Origin: Felis catus
Taxonomy: Eukaryota
DNA length: 64,000 nucleotides
Assembly (NCBI RefSeq): GCF_018350175.1
Contig: NC_058368.1
Span: 29,204,001-29,268,000 of the forward strand
Reading direction: 5' to 3'
The translations under genes and the position numbers were made by a program. The notes under the pieces were generated by a model, which had not been told where the DNA came from, searched no databases, and saw only the letters and a program-made list of their open reading frames with translations. Positions 1 through 12,392 of the stretch are shown here, in pieces. Position 1 is the stretch's first letter; every line of letters begins with the position of its first letter.

Positions 1-724
1 TACATCTGACTATTTTTATACTACTTCTGTATTGCAGATATGATCCTCATTTCAGACAAGAAATCAAAGTATAAATTTAAGTCCTATTCAAAGTAATAGA
101 TGAAATGACATCTATAAAAGTACTGTTATATACTCCAATTATTCCCCAACAGATCAACCAGTCACTTATCTGAAAGTAAAGACTGTGCATACACCTAAGC
201 ATAATAAATGGAAAGTGACCTAGAATAAGATTGATAAAACACATAACCAAAAATGTTTATATACTCTAATAGAGAGCTACAAGGCATGGAATCTGGAAGT
301 ATTCTTCTTTCACTGTTAGGAATCCTATCTGTCTGATTTTGGAATTACAGTTCCCCAAAGCAGTCTCTCACAGATGAGGCAATACCTCCATGTTCAGCAA
401 ATTTTGGATTTGAAAGAATCATCTTGCAAAACTTGAGGCCATTTTTGTACTGCTTCTGTTCGTAACATTTCTGTAAAGAAATATGAACAAGAATTAATTA
501 ATAAAATGAACAGAGAGCAACTTTTCGTTGCATTATATAAATTCTAAATTTAAGATCCAAAAGTAGGTTTAAAATATATACAATGGGAAGGTTTTATACC
601 AATTTAAATCACTTATAGCATGAAGTATATTTCATAAACTACTCCTTGCCAAGTTGTGCTAGTATGAGTATTTTCACTTTTATAGAAGAAAAGGAAAAAA
701 AATACTTAATAAATAGGGAATTTA

Positions 725-1175
725 GGGGCATCTGGGTGGCTCAGTTGGCTAAGCGTCTGACTCTTGATTTCGGCTCACGTCATGATCTCGCAGTTCATGG
801 GTTCGAGCCCCGTGTAGGGCTCTCTGCTGTCAGTGCAGTCTGTTTCAGATCTTCTGTCTCCTCTCTCTCTCCCCCTCCATCACTTGCTCTCTCTTTCTCT
901 CTCTCTCTCTCAAAAATAAATAAACATTTAAAAAAATACAAATAAAAATAGGGAATTTAAGGGGCGCCTGGGTGGCACAGTCGGTTAAGCATCTGACTTC
1001 AGCTCAGGTCATGATCTCACAGTCTGTGAGTTCGAGCCCCACATCGGGCTCTGTGCTGACAGCTCAGAGCCTGGAGCCTGCTTCAGATTCTGTGTCTCCC
1101 TCTCTCTCTGCCCCTCCCCTGCTCATGCTCTGTCTCTCTCTGTTCCAAAAATAAATAAAAACATTGAAAAAAAAT
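725..1175 (+). mobile_element. Two adjacent SINEC copies
   Basis: tRNA-derived heads at 725 and 961, (CT)n and A tails; first copy has TSD AAATAGGGAATTTA at 711-724 and 946-959. Confidence 0.9.
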
Positions 1176-1189
1176 GAAACCAAGGCATG

Positions 1190-1192
<3 letters not shown>

Positions 1193-1225
<33 letters not shown>
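1193..1225. repeat. (CA)n microsatellite
   Basis: Direct reading. Confidence 0.95.
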
Positions 1226-1226
<1 letters not shown>

Positions 1227-2485
1227 CTACTGTATGTCCATACAAAACCTATTATATCTCATATGTATTCCTTAAGGTAGGTGTCATTACCTCCTCCCTA
1301 CAGACATAGAAACTGAAATGTAAGAGTTCATAAAATTTGTTTATAAGTGGCTCAGTGTACTTGCAAACTCTGGTCTGACTCCAAAGACCATGATCTTTCC
1401 ATCACTAGTCTAATACATGTGTGAGCAACACCTAAGTGCCACCAGCCAGGCTCAGTAACCAGCGACTGTCCACCACAGCCACTGATCACATGAACATCTC
1501 ATCATCTTCCAAATGAGACAGGCATGTCTCATTTAAACTGCCATGCATGCTCTTTCCAGCACTCAACATGCCAAGTTTATGCCCACTTCAGGGCCTCTGC
1601 ACGTGTTCCTTCTACACGTGAAATGTTCTTCCCCAGAGCTTCCTTACTAGTGGAATCTCACATGTCACCTGCCTGACCACTCTAACACTGCCAGTCTCCC
1701 ACCCCCCCCCACACACAAAACATACACTCTCTATCATGTTACTCCATTTTCTACACCACACTATCATTCCCTGAAATTGTTATTTGATTACTTATTTAGT
1801 GTCTGTCTTCTTCACCATGCTGTATAACCTCCATGAGAACAGAGATCTTGTCTATTTTAAACGCTGCATCCTCAGAGTCTACACAAATTAGAACTGCTCA
1901 ATAAATACAGTATACTAAAAAATATAAATACGAGGCACTTGGGTGGGTCAGTCAATTAAGTGTTCAACTTTGGCTCAGGTCATGATCTCACGGTTCTTGA
2001 GTTCAAGCCCTACATAGGGCTCTCTGCTGTCAGCACGGAGCTGGCTTCTGATCCCCTGTCCCCCTCCCTCCCTGCCGTTCCCCAACTCATTCTCTCTCTC
2101 TCTCTTTCTCTTTCTCTCTCTCAAAAATAAATAAACATTGTTTTAAAAATTTAAAATAAAATAAAATACATACATATAGTCTATAAGGTTCAAAGCAAAA
2201 CAGTACCAGGAAGGAAGGAGGAAGTGGTTAATCTATGCAGCAGGGGTGGGATGTGGAGAGAATTAGAAAAGTGTTCACAGAAAATGTTTAAATTGAGACT
2301 TCTTGGGGCACCTGAGTGGCTCAGTCAGTTAAGTATTGACTCTTGACTTCAACTCAGGTCAAGATCTCACAGTTGGTGAGTTCAAGCCCTGCAACTCTTG
2401 ATTTCAGCTCAGGTCATGATCTTGCAGTTTGTGAATTCAAGCCCTGTGTCAGGTTCTGCACTGCTTAGGATTCTCTCTCTCTCTC

Positions 2486-2516
<31 letters not shown>

Positions 2517-3228
2517 CCCTCTCTCTCTCTCTCCCTGCCCCCCCAACTCTCTTTCCCAAAATAAATAAATAAAATTTAAAAAATAATAATAAATTGAGGC
2601 TTCTTGATCATCTCTAGGGAAGGAAACTTAGTTGGAAGACAAAGATGGGAGACAAATCTGAATTTTGAACCATCTGAATATATCCCCTATTCCAAAAATA
2701 TTTAAAATAAAATAAAAATAATCTGAGTTTGACTTTAGGAGTTCATCTGACAAATGACAAGAGAAACACAAGCAAAAGGAACCACTAGGGAACAGGAAAA
2801 AAAGAAATATTACGGGTTTTTTCTGACTTAACAAGTGATCTGGAAATACTAATACTTGTATTACCAATAACAACAATAATAATAGTTAATACTTATGGGA
2901 AGCATTTAAAAGTGTCAGGTACCATTCACTTAATCCTTATTTAAATCCCAGGAACACCTATGAGGTTATCTCTCCATTTCAGATGGCAAGAGTGAGGCAC
3001 ATGGTTACTGAATTTACAGAGCTAGTAAGTGTCAGAGCCATAATTCAAACCAGGTAGTCTGGGGGCACCTGGGTGGCTCAGTCGGTTAAGCATCGAACTT
3101 TGGATGACTTACTACTTCAGGTCATGATCTCCCGGTTCATAAATTAGAGCTCCACATCAGGTTCTCTGCTTGGGAGCACAGATCCTGCTTCAGCTCCTCT
3201 GCCCGCCCGCCCCACCTCTCCCTCTCTG

Positions 3229-3270
<42 letters not shown>

Positions 3271-5368
3271 AATAAGCTCTAAAAAAACAAACAAAAAACC
3301 AGGTAGTCTGTCTCTAGTATCTAAATACACAGGTTAAAGAAAAGCATTAAGTTTGGTAAGGAATGTATACTCAGTACAAAAGATAGATTCTGGTTTCAAC
3401 TTTGCTACTAACCAGACAGAGAACCTTAGACATTTAGTCACTTACCATTCCTGGGTTTGTTTCATTCGTAAAAGAATGCATGGAGTAGCTCCAAAATTCA
3501 ACAACACATAACGCCAATAGCCAGTTTGGGGAATAAGACAGGCATGTACAAGCCATGCAGAACATGTAATCAGCTAGCTGGTAAATTTGTACAGATGTGT
3601 TCAAGTACATTCATAATTAATTTTTAAAAATTTACTGGCAAAGCACTTTGGTCCACCAACCAAACTTGAAAAATAATTTTGTGACTGTTCATGGAGTTGA
3701 TATAGCAAAATGATACCCACATTTATTGCAACTGTGAAATGATAAAATCATTCACTTTTGCAGCACCTTCCTAAATTCATGTAACCTTATAGTAAATATT
3801 ACAGACCCAGATAAGAACATGTTTAGCATTTCCCAATTTATTTAGGAATAAAGTTAATTCAGCAGCTATAACTTTTTGTAACTAGAGTATAATAAATCAT
3901 ATAATTGTTTTTTTATAATCTATTGATAACACGATGGAACTAGAAAATATCCATATAGAGTGAAAATAAGTGTTGTCATCTTTTAGGTATAATGCCAAAT
4001 GTCCTTAAATCCAATTAACAACTTATAGATGAACCTGAATGGGTCAAAAAGTTCACTTCTCCAAAATCCATCCTGTGATAAGGGTATGGAAATAAATGAA
4101 AACTAAACTAACAAAAAATATATACAAGGCCCAAGGAAGCAATCTGCCAAAATACTGTAATTAGAATTTTTTGTTTTTACACTTGTCTCTCACTGTTTGC
4201 TCAACACTAAGTACCACGTAAAATTAAGACTTAAAATATTAATCCCATCTATTATGTATCTTTTTAACATTTTGAAGAAGCATGAAGATTCTATTGGCTT
4301 GAAACAGAACAGCTAATATGAGTTCTTACCTTCTAACCTACCTTGATAATGCTTAAAACTATTCTAAAGGTAGGATTTTATTTATAGTAAAGGTAAGCAA
4401 CAACTTACCATGTAAGTCATGTAAGTAACACAAGCTCTAAGTAATAAATTCACTCTTAAAATCTAAACGCTCATTTTCAGATGAAATGATACACTAGAAA
4501 AGACACTATTTACAATATCAGTTTAAAATCTACAGTCTCCAGCGCACAATGAGAAAGGCAAAGGCATGTTGCCTCTCCTCCCTGGAAGAATGGCCCTGGG
4601 AAACAACTGAAGGCACCAAGGACACTGGCACAGAACCCACGGAAAGCTCTCCCGTCTGGGCAGCAGTCATCTCTTTCCGGGTCCTATTCAGGTTTCTGCT
4701 TGGAAACAAAGTAAAGGCTCCCCTCAAGTGTGAAATCGGCCAGTCGGCGCGACTTAGCCAATGCAGGGCCTGAATAAGTTAAAAGAGACCAAAGAGCTGT
4801 GTTCGACTTTTGACTTTGAAATGCAGTTCAAGTCACTTGGTCTCTTCCAAAGGGGGTAAGTACGGCACATCAAAAACAAAAACTCTTTCTAAAAGGGAGG
4901 CTTGGCCTCCTAGGATTTAATTTTCCCGTAACCAGTATAAGTCGGAGCCCCACTGCACCAGAGGATCGCCCCCTCTTTAGCAGGTATCAGCGTGCACTGT
5001 GCAATAGGTTAAGCACGAATCAGTGAACGAACACACCTGGCCAAGGGGAAAAGAAACAAACGGGAGGATAGGTAGGGCTGAGGTCGTGAGTTTGGCCGCA
5101 GAGCGCCGCAGAGGCCAAGGGGGCCACTCCCGGCCGACGCGTCCCGGCCCAAAGGTACTGCGGAGCGCGGCGGGGGTGCAGCGAGAGACGCAGCGAGACG
5201 AAGCGCGCGGGGGCAGGGGGAGGCCGGCCGAGGCGGGGAGTCAGGTCGAGAAGGTTCGGAGGTAAACAAAGAACGGAGCCGGGGCCGAGCCCAGCTCGCG
5301 TTGGCGACGCCGCCTCCAGACCGATCGCCGCGCCTGGCCGGGTCGGAAGCGCGGCCTCGGCCACTCAC

Positions 5369-5422
5369 CAAGATGCGCTTGAAAAGGTTGCTCTCCTTGG
5401 GCGGCAGCTGCACGTTCGGCAT
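5369..5422 (-). CDS. NAA16: NAA16 coding exon 1 (N-alpha-acetyltransferase 16, NatA auxiliary subunit); gene continues off the left end
   Basis: ATG at 5422-5420 gives MPNVQLPPKESNLFKRIL (54 nt), the NAA15/NAA16-type N-terminus, followed by a GTGAGT donor (5368-5363). It lies in a CpG island head to head with MTRF1, the known NAA16 neighbour. Confidence 0.93.
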
Positions 5423-5579
5423 CGCGGCCGGCGGGGAGACCGGGTGCCCGGGCGCTCCGTTCGGCAGGGGTGGGCACCGGGGCGGACCAATGCTAGGAGT
5501 CGGGCAGCAGGCGATGGGTCACTTCATGGCCTGGAGTAGGGACTGGGCAGGCCGGGCAGGCCGTTGGGCAGGGCTGGCA

Positions 5580-5634
5580 ATGGAAAGGGAACGCGATCTG
5601 GGCTGGACAACCTCGACTCCGGCTCTACGGACTG
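5580..5634 (+). CDS. Candidate distal first coding exon (A) of an extended MTRF1 isoform
   Basis: gcaATGg Kozak context, MERERDLGWTTSTPALRT+G, strong donor G|GTGAGC at 5635. Its phase-1 end matches candidate exon B and the MTRF1 acceptor at 25471. Inferred from sequence only. Confidence 0.4.
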
Positions 5635-8600
5635 GTGAGCGGCGGTGGCTCCCGCGCGCGGCAAGATGGCAGCTGGGGCCCGTCCCCTAGAGCCGGGCGG
5701 CGTGCGCCTGCGCGGGGCGCTCCGCAGGCCAGAAGCGGCGGGGGCGTCCGGGCGGCGGGGACCGTAGTGTGCGGAGTGTTAGGTTGCCTCTGTCACCGGC
5801 ACCTTGGACGCTTAACCGACTGAGCCTCCCAGGCGCCCCAAGTGATGTTTATCTTTTATGAAACTTTCCTGTGGGCCTCGTACAGCCTGACTCATTACAA
5901 ATCGTAAGTTACTGATTGTACTGTGCTCTGATTGCTAGGCTTGTGGCCCAAGAGAATGTTTGTTATACCGCACTCACTTTTGGACTTCTCTGCACTCAGG
6001 AACTTTACACAGTGCTGGGCTCAAAGTAAAGTCTTGTAGGACGAACTTGTTTTGCGTCCTTTCCCCTTTACTTAGACTTTGAGAGAAGGCTTCTCTTTTC
6101 AGTGCAGACCAAAGACGTGTTTACAACTCATGTGAAGTCATTGGGTGGGCCTGGAAATGGACTAATGTGAAAGCATGTTTGAAGTGTCAGTAAACAATTA
6201 CTGCCCCCAGTTTAGAACACCTAACGTTGTCAGTGAAAAACCTTCTCGTCAGAAGGTTCCCCTTCATACAAGCCATATAATAATGACAGAAACAGGATTC
6301 AAACCCAGGATCTTCAACTCTGGGGCACTATCATATGTAAACAGTAGCACAGTGATAGAAACGTGTGAGTCTAGAAAGATACGGATATGCATCGATGACA
6401 AGCATAACCATGCGTACGATGTAGGTTTAATATTATGGAATATGTAAATATTAGATGCATGAATTTATGTACACATGTTCTGAATCTTAACTTGTGCATA
6501 TTTGTGTGACTACAGAGTGACTGATGCATACTTGCATTTAACAGGCTGTAATCAAAGCTGGCTTGAGGCTTATTTAATTTTCCCTCTAGCCTGAGTTGGT
6601 TGGAGATGGGAGAAGTTATCACAGGAGTCTTTTGAAAGTTTTTTTTTTCTTTTCTTTTTTTCTTTCTTTATTTTGAGAGAGAGAAGCCTGGGAAGGGCAG
6701 AGAGAGAGGGAGAGGAAGAATCCCAAGCAGGCTCGGCCAGCACAGAGCCCGACATGGGGTCTGATCTCATGAACTGTGAGATCCTGACCTGAGCCAAAAT
6801 CAAGAGTTTGTCACTTAACTGAATGAACCACCCAGGTGCCCCAGGAGTCTATCAAAATAGGGTAGGAGGGGGCTTGTCTGCCTCAGTCAGTAGACTATGC
6901 AACTATTGATCTCAGGGTTGTGAGTTCCAGCCCCATGTTGGGTGTAACGATTACTTAAAAATATACATATTTTAATAAAATAAAATAAAATAAAATAAAA
7001 TAAAATAAAATAAGGAAGGGACTTATTAAAAGGGGGAAGGTCCATAAGGGCCTATGTGTTCTAGACAGACCCTAGGCTTCTCTGCAGCTTCCCACCCACT
7101 GCCAACCTCTCCCCTTCCCACAGCCTCCCCAGCATCTCCCAGCAGTGCAAAGGAAACCTTTAATCCCAAACACTGAGAAGTGGTAGTTATTAATACTCAT
7201 ATTTAATATTTTCCTCATCTGCCTTTCATACACCATGACATGCAATGCACGCATAGTGTGGTTGTCTACACTAGGATGGGAGTGAAGGCAAAGACGAAAA
7301 TGCCAATAGTGTTGCTGGTAGTTGTCATCGTAAGCCTTGGAGTGTGTGAAGGATGTAACGCGTGCACAAGTCAGAAAGCCTGGATTAGCCAGTGACTGTA
7401 ATTTTTTTTTAATGTTTATTTATTTTTGAGAGAGAGAGAGGGGGAGAGAGAGAGAGAGAGAGAGAGAACGAGCAGGGGAGGGGCAGACAGAAAGAGAGAC
7501 TGAGAATTCAAAGCAGGCTCCAAGCACCAGTCAGTGCAGAGCCTGATGTGGGGCTCAAACTCACGGACCACCAAACCGAAATCAAGAATCTGACACTCAA
7601 CTGACTGAGCCATCCAGGCACCCGAGGGACTGTAATTTTTTATTACTGACTTCTTGTTTAGTCTGGAGCAAATCTCATTTCCCCCTTTCAACAGAAAATG
7701 AGGTTATAATAACATTACTGTAATCTTTCACAGCAAGGTTGTGTGAATGTAATGCTTTATCATTTCTAAGCCCCCAGAAAACAAACCAAAAAAACACCTG
7801 CATTATAAATCTCAGTCCATTGTCTCTCAGAAAGAATGCTGAAGCCCCACTGGAGGCATCTCGGGCGTCCACCCAAATGTTGCTTCCTGGTGCTTCAGGC
7901 AGCGTGTACCTCCTTTAGAATTATGCACACAGTACAATAAAAGCAACAATGTCTGTGAAGACCTTTTTACATATAAGACATGGGCCAGTGATTCTCTTGC
8001 TAAGCTCAGTAGACCTAAGAAAAAAAGAATCTAGGAAAGATTCCACCCCCATATTCACAGCATATTTTACAGAACCAGCTGACAAGGTAAAATCAAGTAA
8101 TTTGCTGCTATTCCTACAACCAGTTTAACCACGTAATTAAAGGCTGATGGGAAAAGAACTCATCAGGTTGCCTAATGCATAACACCTCAGATTCCCTAAT
8201 GTGTCTGCTCTTGTCTACTTTCCTTGCTCTTGTTTTAGAGGAAGCAAGAGTTCTTCATTCTTCCCTTGGAACTCTTGATCCCATCTCCTTTTGCTTCTCC
8301 TGAGCTTTTATTCATCGGTTGTTCCCTCTGCCGTTTGCATTTTCTCCCTCCTTATTTTCTAATGGGAGGAGACTGTCAGTAAACACATAAATAAACAAGA
8401 TGTTCCAGACTAGGAAGTCCTAGGAAAGAAAGAAAACAAGGTCGTGTGAGGGGAGTGGGACTTGAGGCAAGGACTACTTTAAACCAAGTACTCAGGAATG
8501 ATCTCTGGGAGAATGATAACATGTGAACAGACCTAAAGAATGAGAAGGAAGTTAACAAGTAAAAAGCTGGGACCAAAAAAAAAAAAAAAAAAAAAAAGCT

Positions 8601-9008
8601 GGGCCAGCAGTTTCTAGCCAAAGGGAACTACATGCAAGTGCCCTAATACAGGGACAAGATGGGCATCGTCAAGGCATTAAAGGGACAGTAAGAACTTCAG
8701 GTTCAAGTTGGTGACTGGAGGGTAGTATATGAGAGGGAAAGTGGCCGATGGTTCAGTTGAAAATATAAGCCAGGCTGCACAGGGATGGCCAGCCCAGGCA
8801 GTGTGGTTTGTATTGGTTTGGGTTGGGTTGGTTTGGTTTAATCCTAAATTCAGCAAGAAGCCATCTTTAAGCAGGAAAGTGGCATGCCATGATTTATTTT
8901 TTAAAAGGTCACTCTGGGGGTGCCTAACTGGCTCAGTCCATAGAGCATGCAACTCTTGATCTCAGAATTGTGAGTTCAAACCCCATGTTGAGCATAGAGC
9001 CTACTAAT

Positions 9009-9018
9009 ACACACACAC

Positions 9019-9056
<38 letters not shown>
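9009..9056. repeat. Interrupted (CA)n microsatellite
   Basis: Direct reading. Confidence 0.93.
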
Positions 9057-9058
<2 letters not shown>

Positions 9059-10615
9059 AAAAGGTCACCCTGACTACCTGTGGAAAATGGGCAAGAATGG
9101 GGTTTCTTTGGGGAAAGTAGCAATTCTATTTGTTCCTTTAGATTTGGCTTCTACCTCCAGGAATCTTCTGAAAATGTCTGTAATCTCAAGAATTAATTTG
9201 TTGAATAATTATTGAGAACAATGTGACAGGCAATCTTCTAGCAAACAAAAACATCTACCGTCATGGAGCTTACATGTTAAGGATTACCCACTAGCCAACA
9301 CTAAAGATTAGTTTAGCCCACAGTGTACCACCTTGTCCTGCTTGACTTTTCTGCCTTAGGGCACCAAGACCCTGCAGAATCCTGGGTTTTTTCCTCTTCC
9401 CAGTCATTCTCTGGTTCCTCCATCAACTCTTCTTCCTTCTAAATGTTGGTTGTCTAGACAATTCTGCTTTCTTTTTCAACATCAGCAATAAAATGTGTCC
9501 ATCAAGGGGCATCTAGGCGGCTCAGTTGGTTAAGCATCCGACTTCAGCTCAGGTCATGATCTCAAAATTTGTGGGTTGAAGCCCTGCATCGAGCTCTGTG
9601 CTGACAGCTTAGAGCCCGGAGCCTGCTTCGGATTCTGTGTCTCCTTCTTCCTTTGCCCCTCTCCCACTCATTCCCTCTCTCTCTCTCTCTTTCTCTCTCA
9701 AAAATAAATAAACAATAAAAAAAATTTTTTTAATGTGTCCATCGAGTACCTCCTACTCACCAGCAAAACAGAATTAATAAATCCTCCTGCTCCCATACCT
9801 TCCATTACTAACACCAAGCAGATTTCAAATGTGTCTCCAGTTCCAAGCCTTCTTTTGATCTCCTAGCCTTTGTTTACACTTGTTTGTTAAACTGCTCCAT
9901 CTACAAGTCTTCCAAGCATTTTCTACCTGGACATAAAAATAAAAGTTATCTTCCCATCAAACCAGTCCAAGTCCTGCCTTCTCTGTTTTTGTTAATGACA
10001 GCACTCTTGTAGTAAAAATCCTCTGGTCACCTTTGGCCTCTATTATTCCCCACATCCAAGTTGCCTAGTCATTCAGATTTTGGATCTGTCACGTTGCTCC
10101 CTTTCCTCCCCTGCTTTCCATTCCCTCTCTACCTTAAAACTAAATGTTGTAAAAACCTTGTAACTGGTCCCTCACTTTCAGACTGTTCTCTTCATTTAAT
10201 TTTGCACATTGTTTCTAGACATGTCGTTTCTATCCAGATCTCTAAACGGGTCTCTCAGTCGTATCAAAACTTTCAATAGCTCCCCCATTGTCTAGAACTA
10301 AGTCTATTCCCAGATTTTTCTTTCCCTTTGCTCCTACAATTACCTTATGTTGCAGGGGAACCGGTAACTATAATCGATCTAGTATTTTCTAAATTCCATA
10401 GTCATGTTCAACCTGATAGTTTTATCAGAGATTGTTTTTCAATACCTGAGTCTTTTTTTTTTAAATCCTTCAGATGTCATGACTTTCATAAAATCTTTCT
10501 AAGTTTTTTCAGTGGATCTGATCTCTCTTTTCCATGAATTTACATAGCATTTTGTCCTTCTCTTATGCCTTTATCTTACTGTTTTCTGTTTTATAAATTA
10601 TAAGTTGTCTGAAGG

Positions 10616-11130
10616 TAGTGGATCTCAAACTTAGCTGCACTTTTGTATCACCTTATCCTTTAAAAAACTCATGTCCAAGGGGTGCCTGGGTGGCTCAATT
10701 GGTGAAGCATCTGACTGTGGCTTGGGTCATGATCTCATGGTTCGTGAGTTCAAGCACCACATCGGGGTCTGCACTTATAGTGCAGAAAGGTAAGGAAAGG
10801 AATTCTCTGCTACAGCCTCCAAAAGGAACATAGTCTTGCAGACACATTTCAGACGTCTAACCTCCAGAACTCTAAAATATAAAAATAAAATAAAATAAAA
10901 TAAGATAAAATAAAATAAAATAAAATAAAATAAAATAAAATAAAATAAAATAAAATAAAATAAAATAAAATAAAATAAAAACAAAATAAAACTGATGCTC
11001 AAATCCTACCTCCATAGGCGGATTCAGTTGGGGTTGGGTGGAGATTCAGTTGGGGTGGGGTGGAAAATGGGTTTTTTTCTTAAATCCTCCTAGATGATCA
11101 TAATGTATAACCAATTTGGGAACCACTACT
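10616..11130. mobile_element. MER5-like hAT element hosting a chimeric SINE
   Basis: TIR-like ends agtggatctcaaactt and aatttgggaaccact. Confidence 0.55.
10878..10991. repeat. (TAAAA)n pentanucleotide repeat (SINE tail)
   Basis: About 22 units, direct reading. Confidence 0.95.
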
Positions 11131-12059
11131 TCAAGACCATTCATCCTAACCCAGGTTTAAACATGCCCCCCATTCTTGAAGTTAAATTTAGATATAAGGC
11201 ACAAAAACAAACAAAAAACACTCATCACCAAAATTCAATTTGGAACCCTAGGTAAAAACCATTGCTGATGGCCCCACAAACAGTAGGTGGGGTCTAGAAT
11301 TGGCATCATTTAAAGTGTCTGGGTTTGGGGTACCTAGGTGGCTTAGTCGGTTAAGCATCCGACTTCAGCTCAGGTCATGATCTCACGGTCTGTGAGTTTG
11401 AGCCCCATGTTGGGCTCTGTACTGACAGCTCAGGGCCTGGAGCCTGCTTCGGATTCTGTTTTCCTCTCTCTCTCTGCCCCTCCCTGGCTTGTGCTCTCTC
11501 AAAAATAAATAAACATTAAAAAAAAATTTTTTTTCAAATAAAGTCTCTGGATAAGCACAGAAACATTATTACACAAGAGTTCACTCAAAACCAGTCAGAT
11601 TTACACCCCTCCAGGCATCTCACTTCAACAGACTTACCCTCGTAGCACTGGTCTCTATGCCATACCTTCCCACTGGGCTTCATCCTCAACCCCTTTACTG
11701 AGTACTCTCTTCCTCCTCCTTTTAACTGCTACCCAACCCTTCACCAAGGACTTTGTCTCTCATTTTTCATCTTCCTCTCTGCATGTACCATAGGAGTTGG
11801 TGGGGGAGAATCAGCATTTTTTCCCATCCCCCTGCCTCCTCCAAATCATAAGACTTCACCTTCATTTAAGGAAAAGGAAATCAATTTTGAGTCTATACCC
11901 ATCAGCTCTGTCACTCTCTTCTTTTCATCTTGGTCACTATCCTCCATCTGGTCATTTGCCAAGTGACAATAGATGTCCTTTCAACTTCACTCATAATATC
12001 CATCTACTATGACTCCAATATCCATGTGGGTGATTCAAAACCCTAGCCTTGGACAAACT

Positions 12060-12392
12060 GTGGTCCATGCAAAAATGGAGTACTACTCTGCACTTAAAAC
12101 CAAAAAAAAAAAAAAAAAAAAAAAAAGAACTATCAAGCCACAAAAAGACATGGAAGAATCTTAAATGCATATTACTAAGTAAAAGAAGCCAATCTGAAAA
12201 GGCCACATGAGTCCAACCATATGACATTCCAGAAAAGACAAAAGTATGGAGACAGTAAAAAGATCCATGATTGCCAGAGGTTGGAGGAGGGAGGGATAAA
12301 TAAAGCACAGAGGATGTTTAGGGTGGTGAAATTATTCTGTATGATACCATAATGGTAGATACATGTCATTGTACACTTTTCAAAACCTAGAG
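12060..12392 (+). mobile_element. Old L1M 3' UTR fragment
   Basis: acatggaagaatcttaaatgcatattactaagtaaaagaagccaatctgaaaaggc...tctgtatgataccataatggtagatacatgtcatt. Confidence 0.7.

Larger units (their letters stand above)
5050..5840. promoter_or_regulatory. CpG island / NAA16 promoter, probably bidirectional
   Basis: Very GC- and CpG-rich compared with the AT-rich flanks. YY1-like CAAGATGGC at 5662-5670, NRF1-like TGCGCCTGCGC at 5703-5713, GC-rich runs. Confidence 0.88.

Noticed and set aside
5009..5368. 137-aa ORF continuing from the NAA16 start
   Set aside because: Read-through into GC-rich intron 1 past a consensus GTGAGT donor; only the first 18 codons are NAA16.
7831..7898. Exon-like segment after a good acceptor (tgtctctcAG)
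   Set aside because: Open in the frame from exon A, but the only donors are weak (GTGCTT, GCAGCG) and the resulting phase does not fit exon B; left out of the model.
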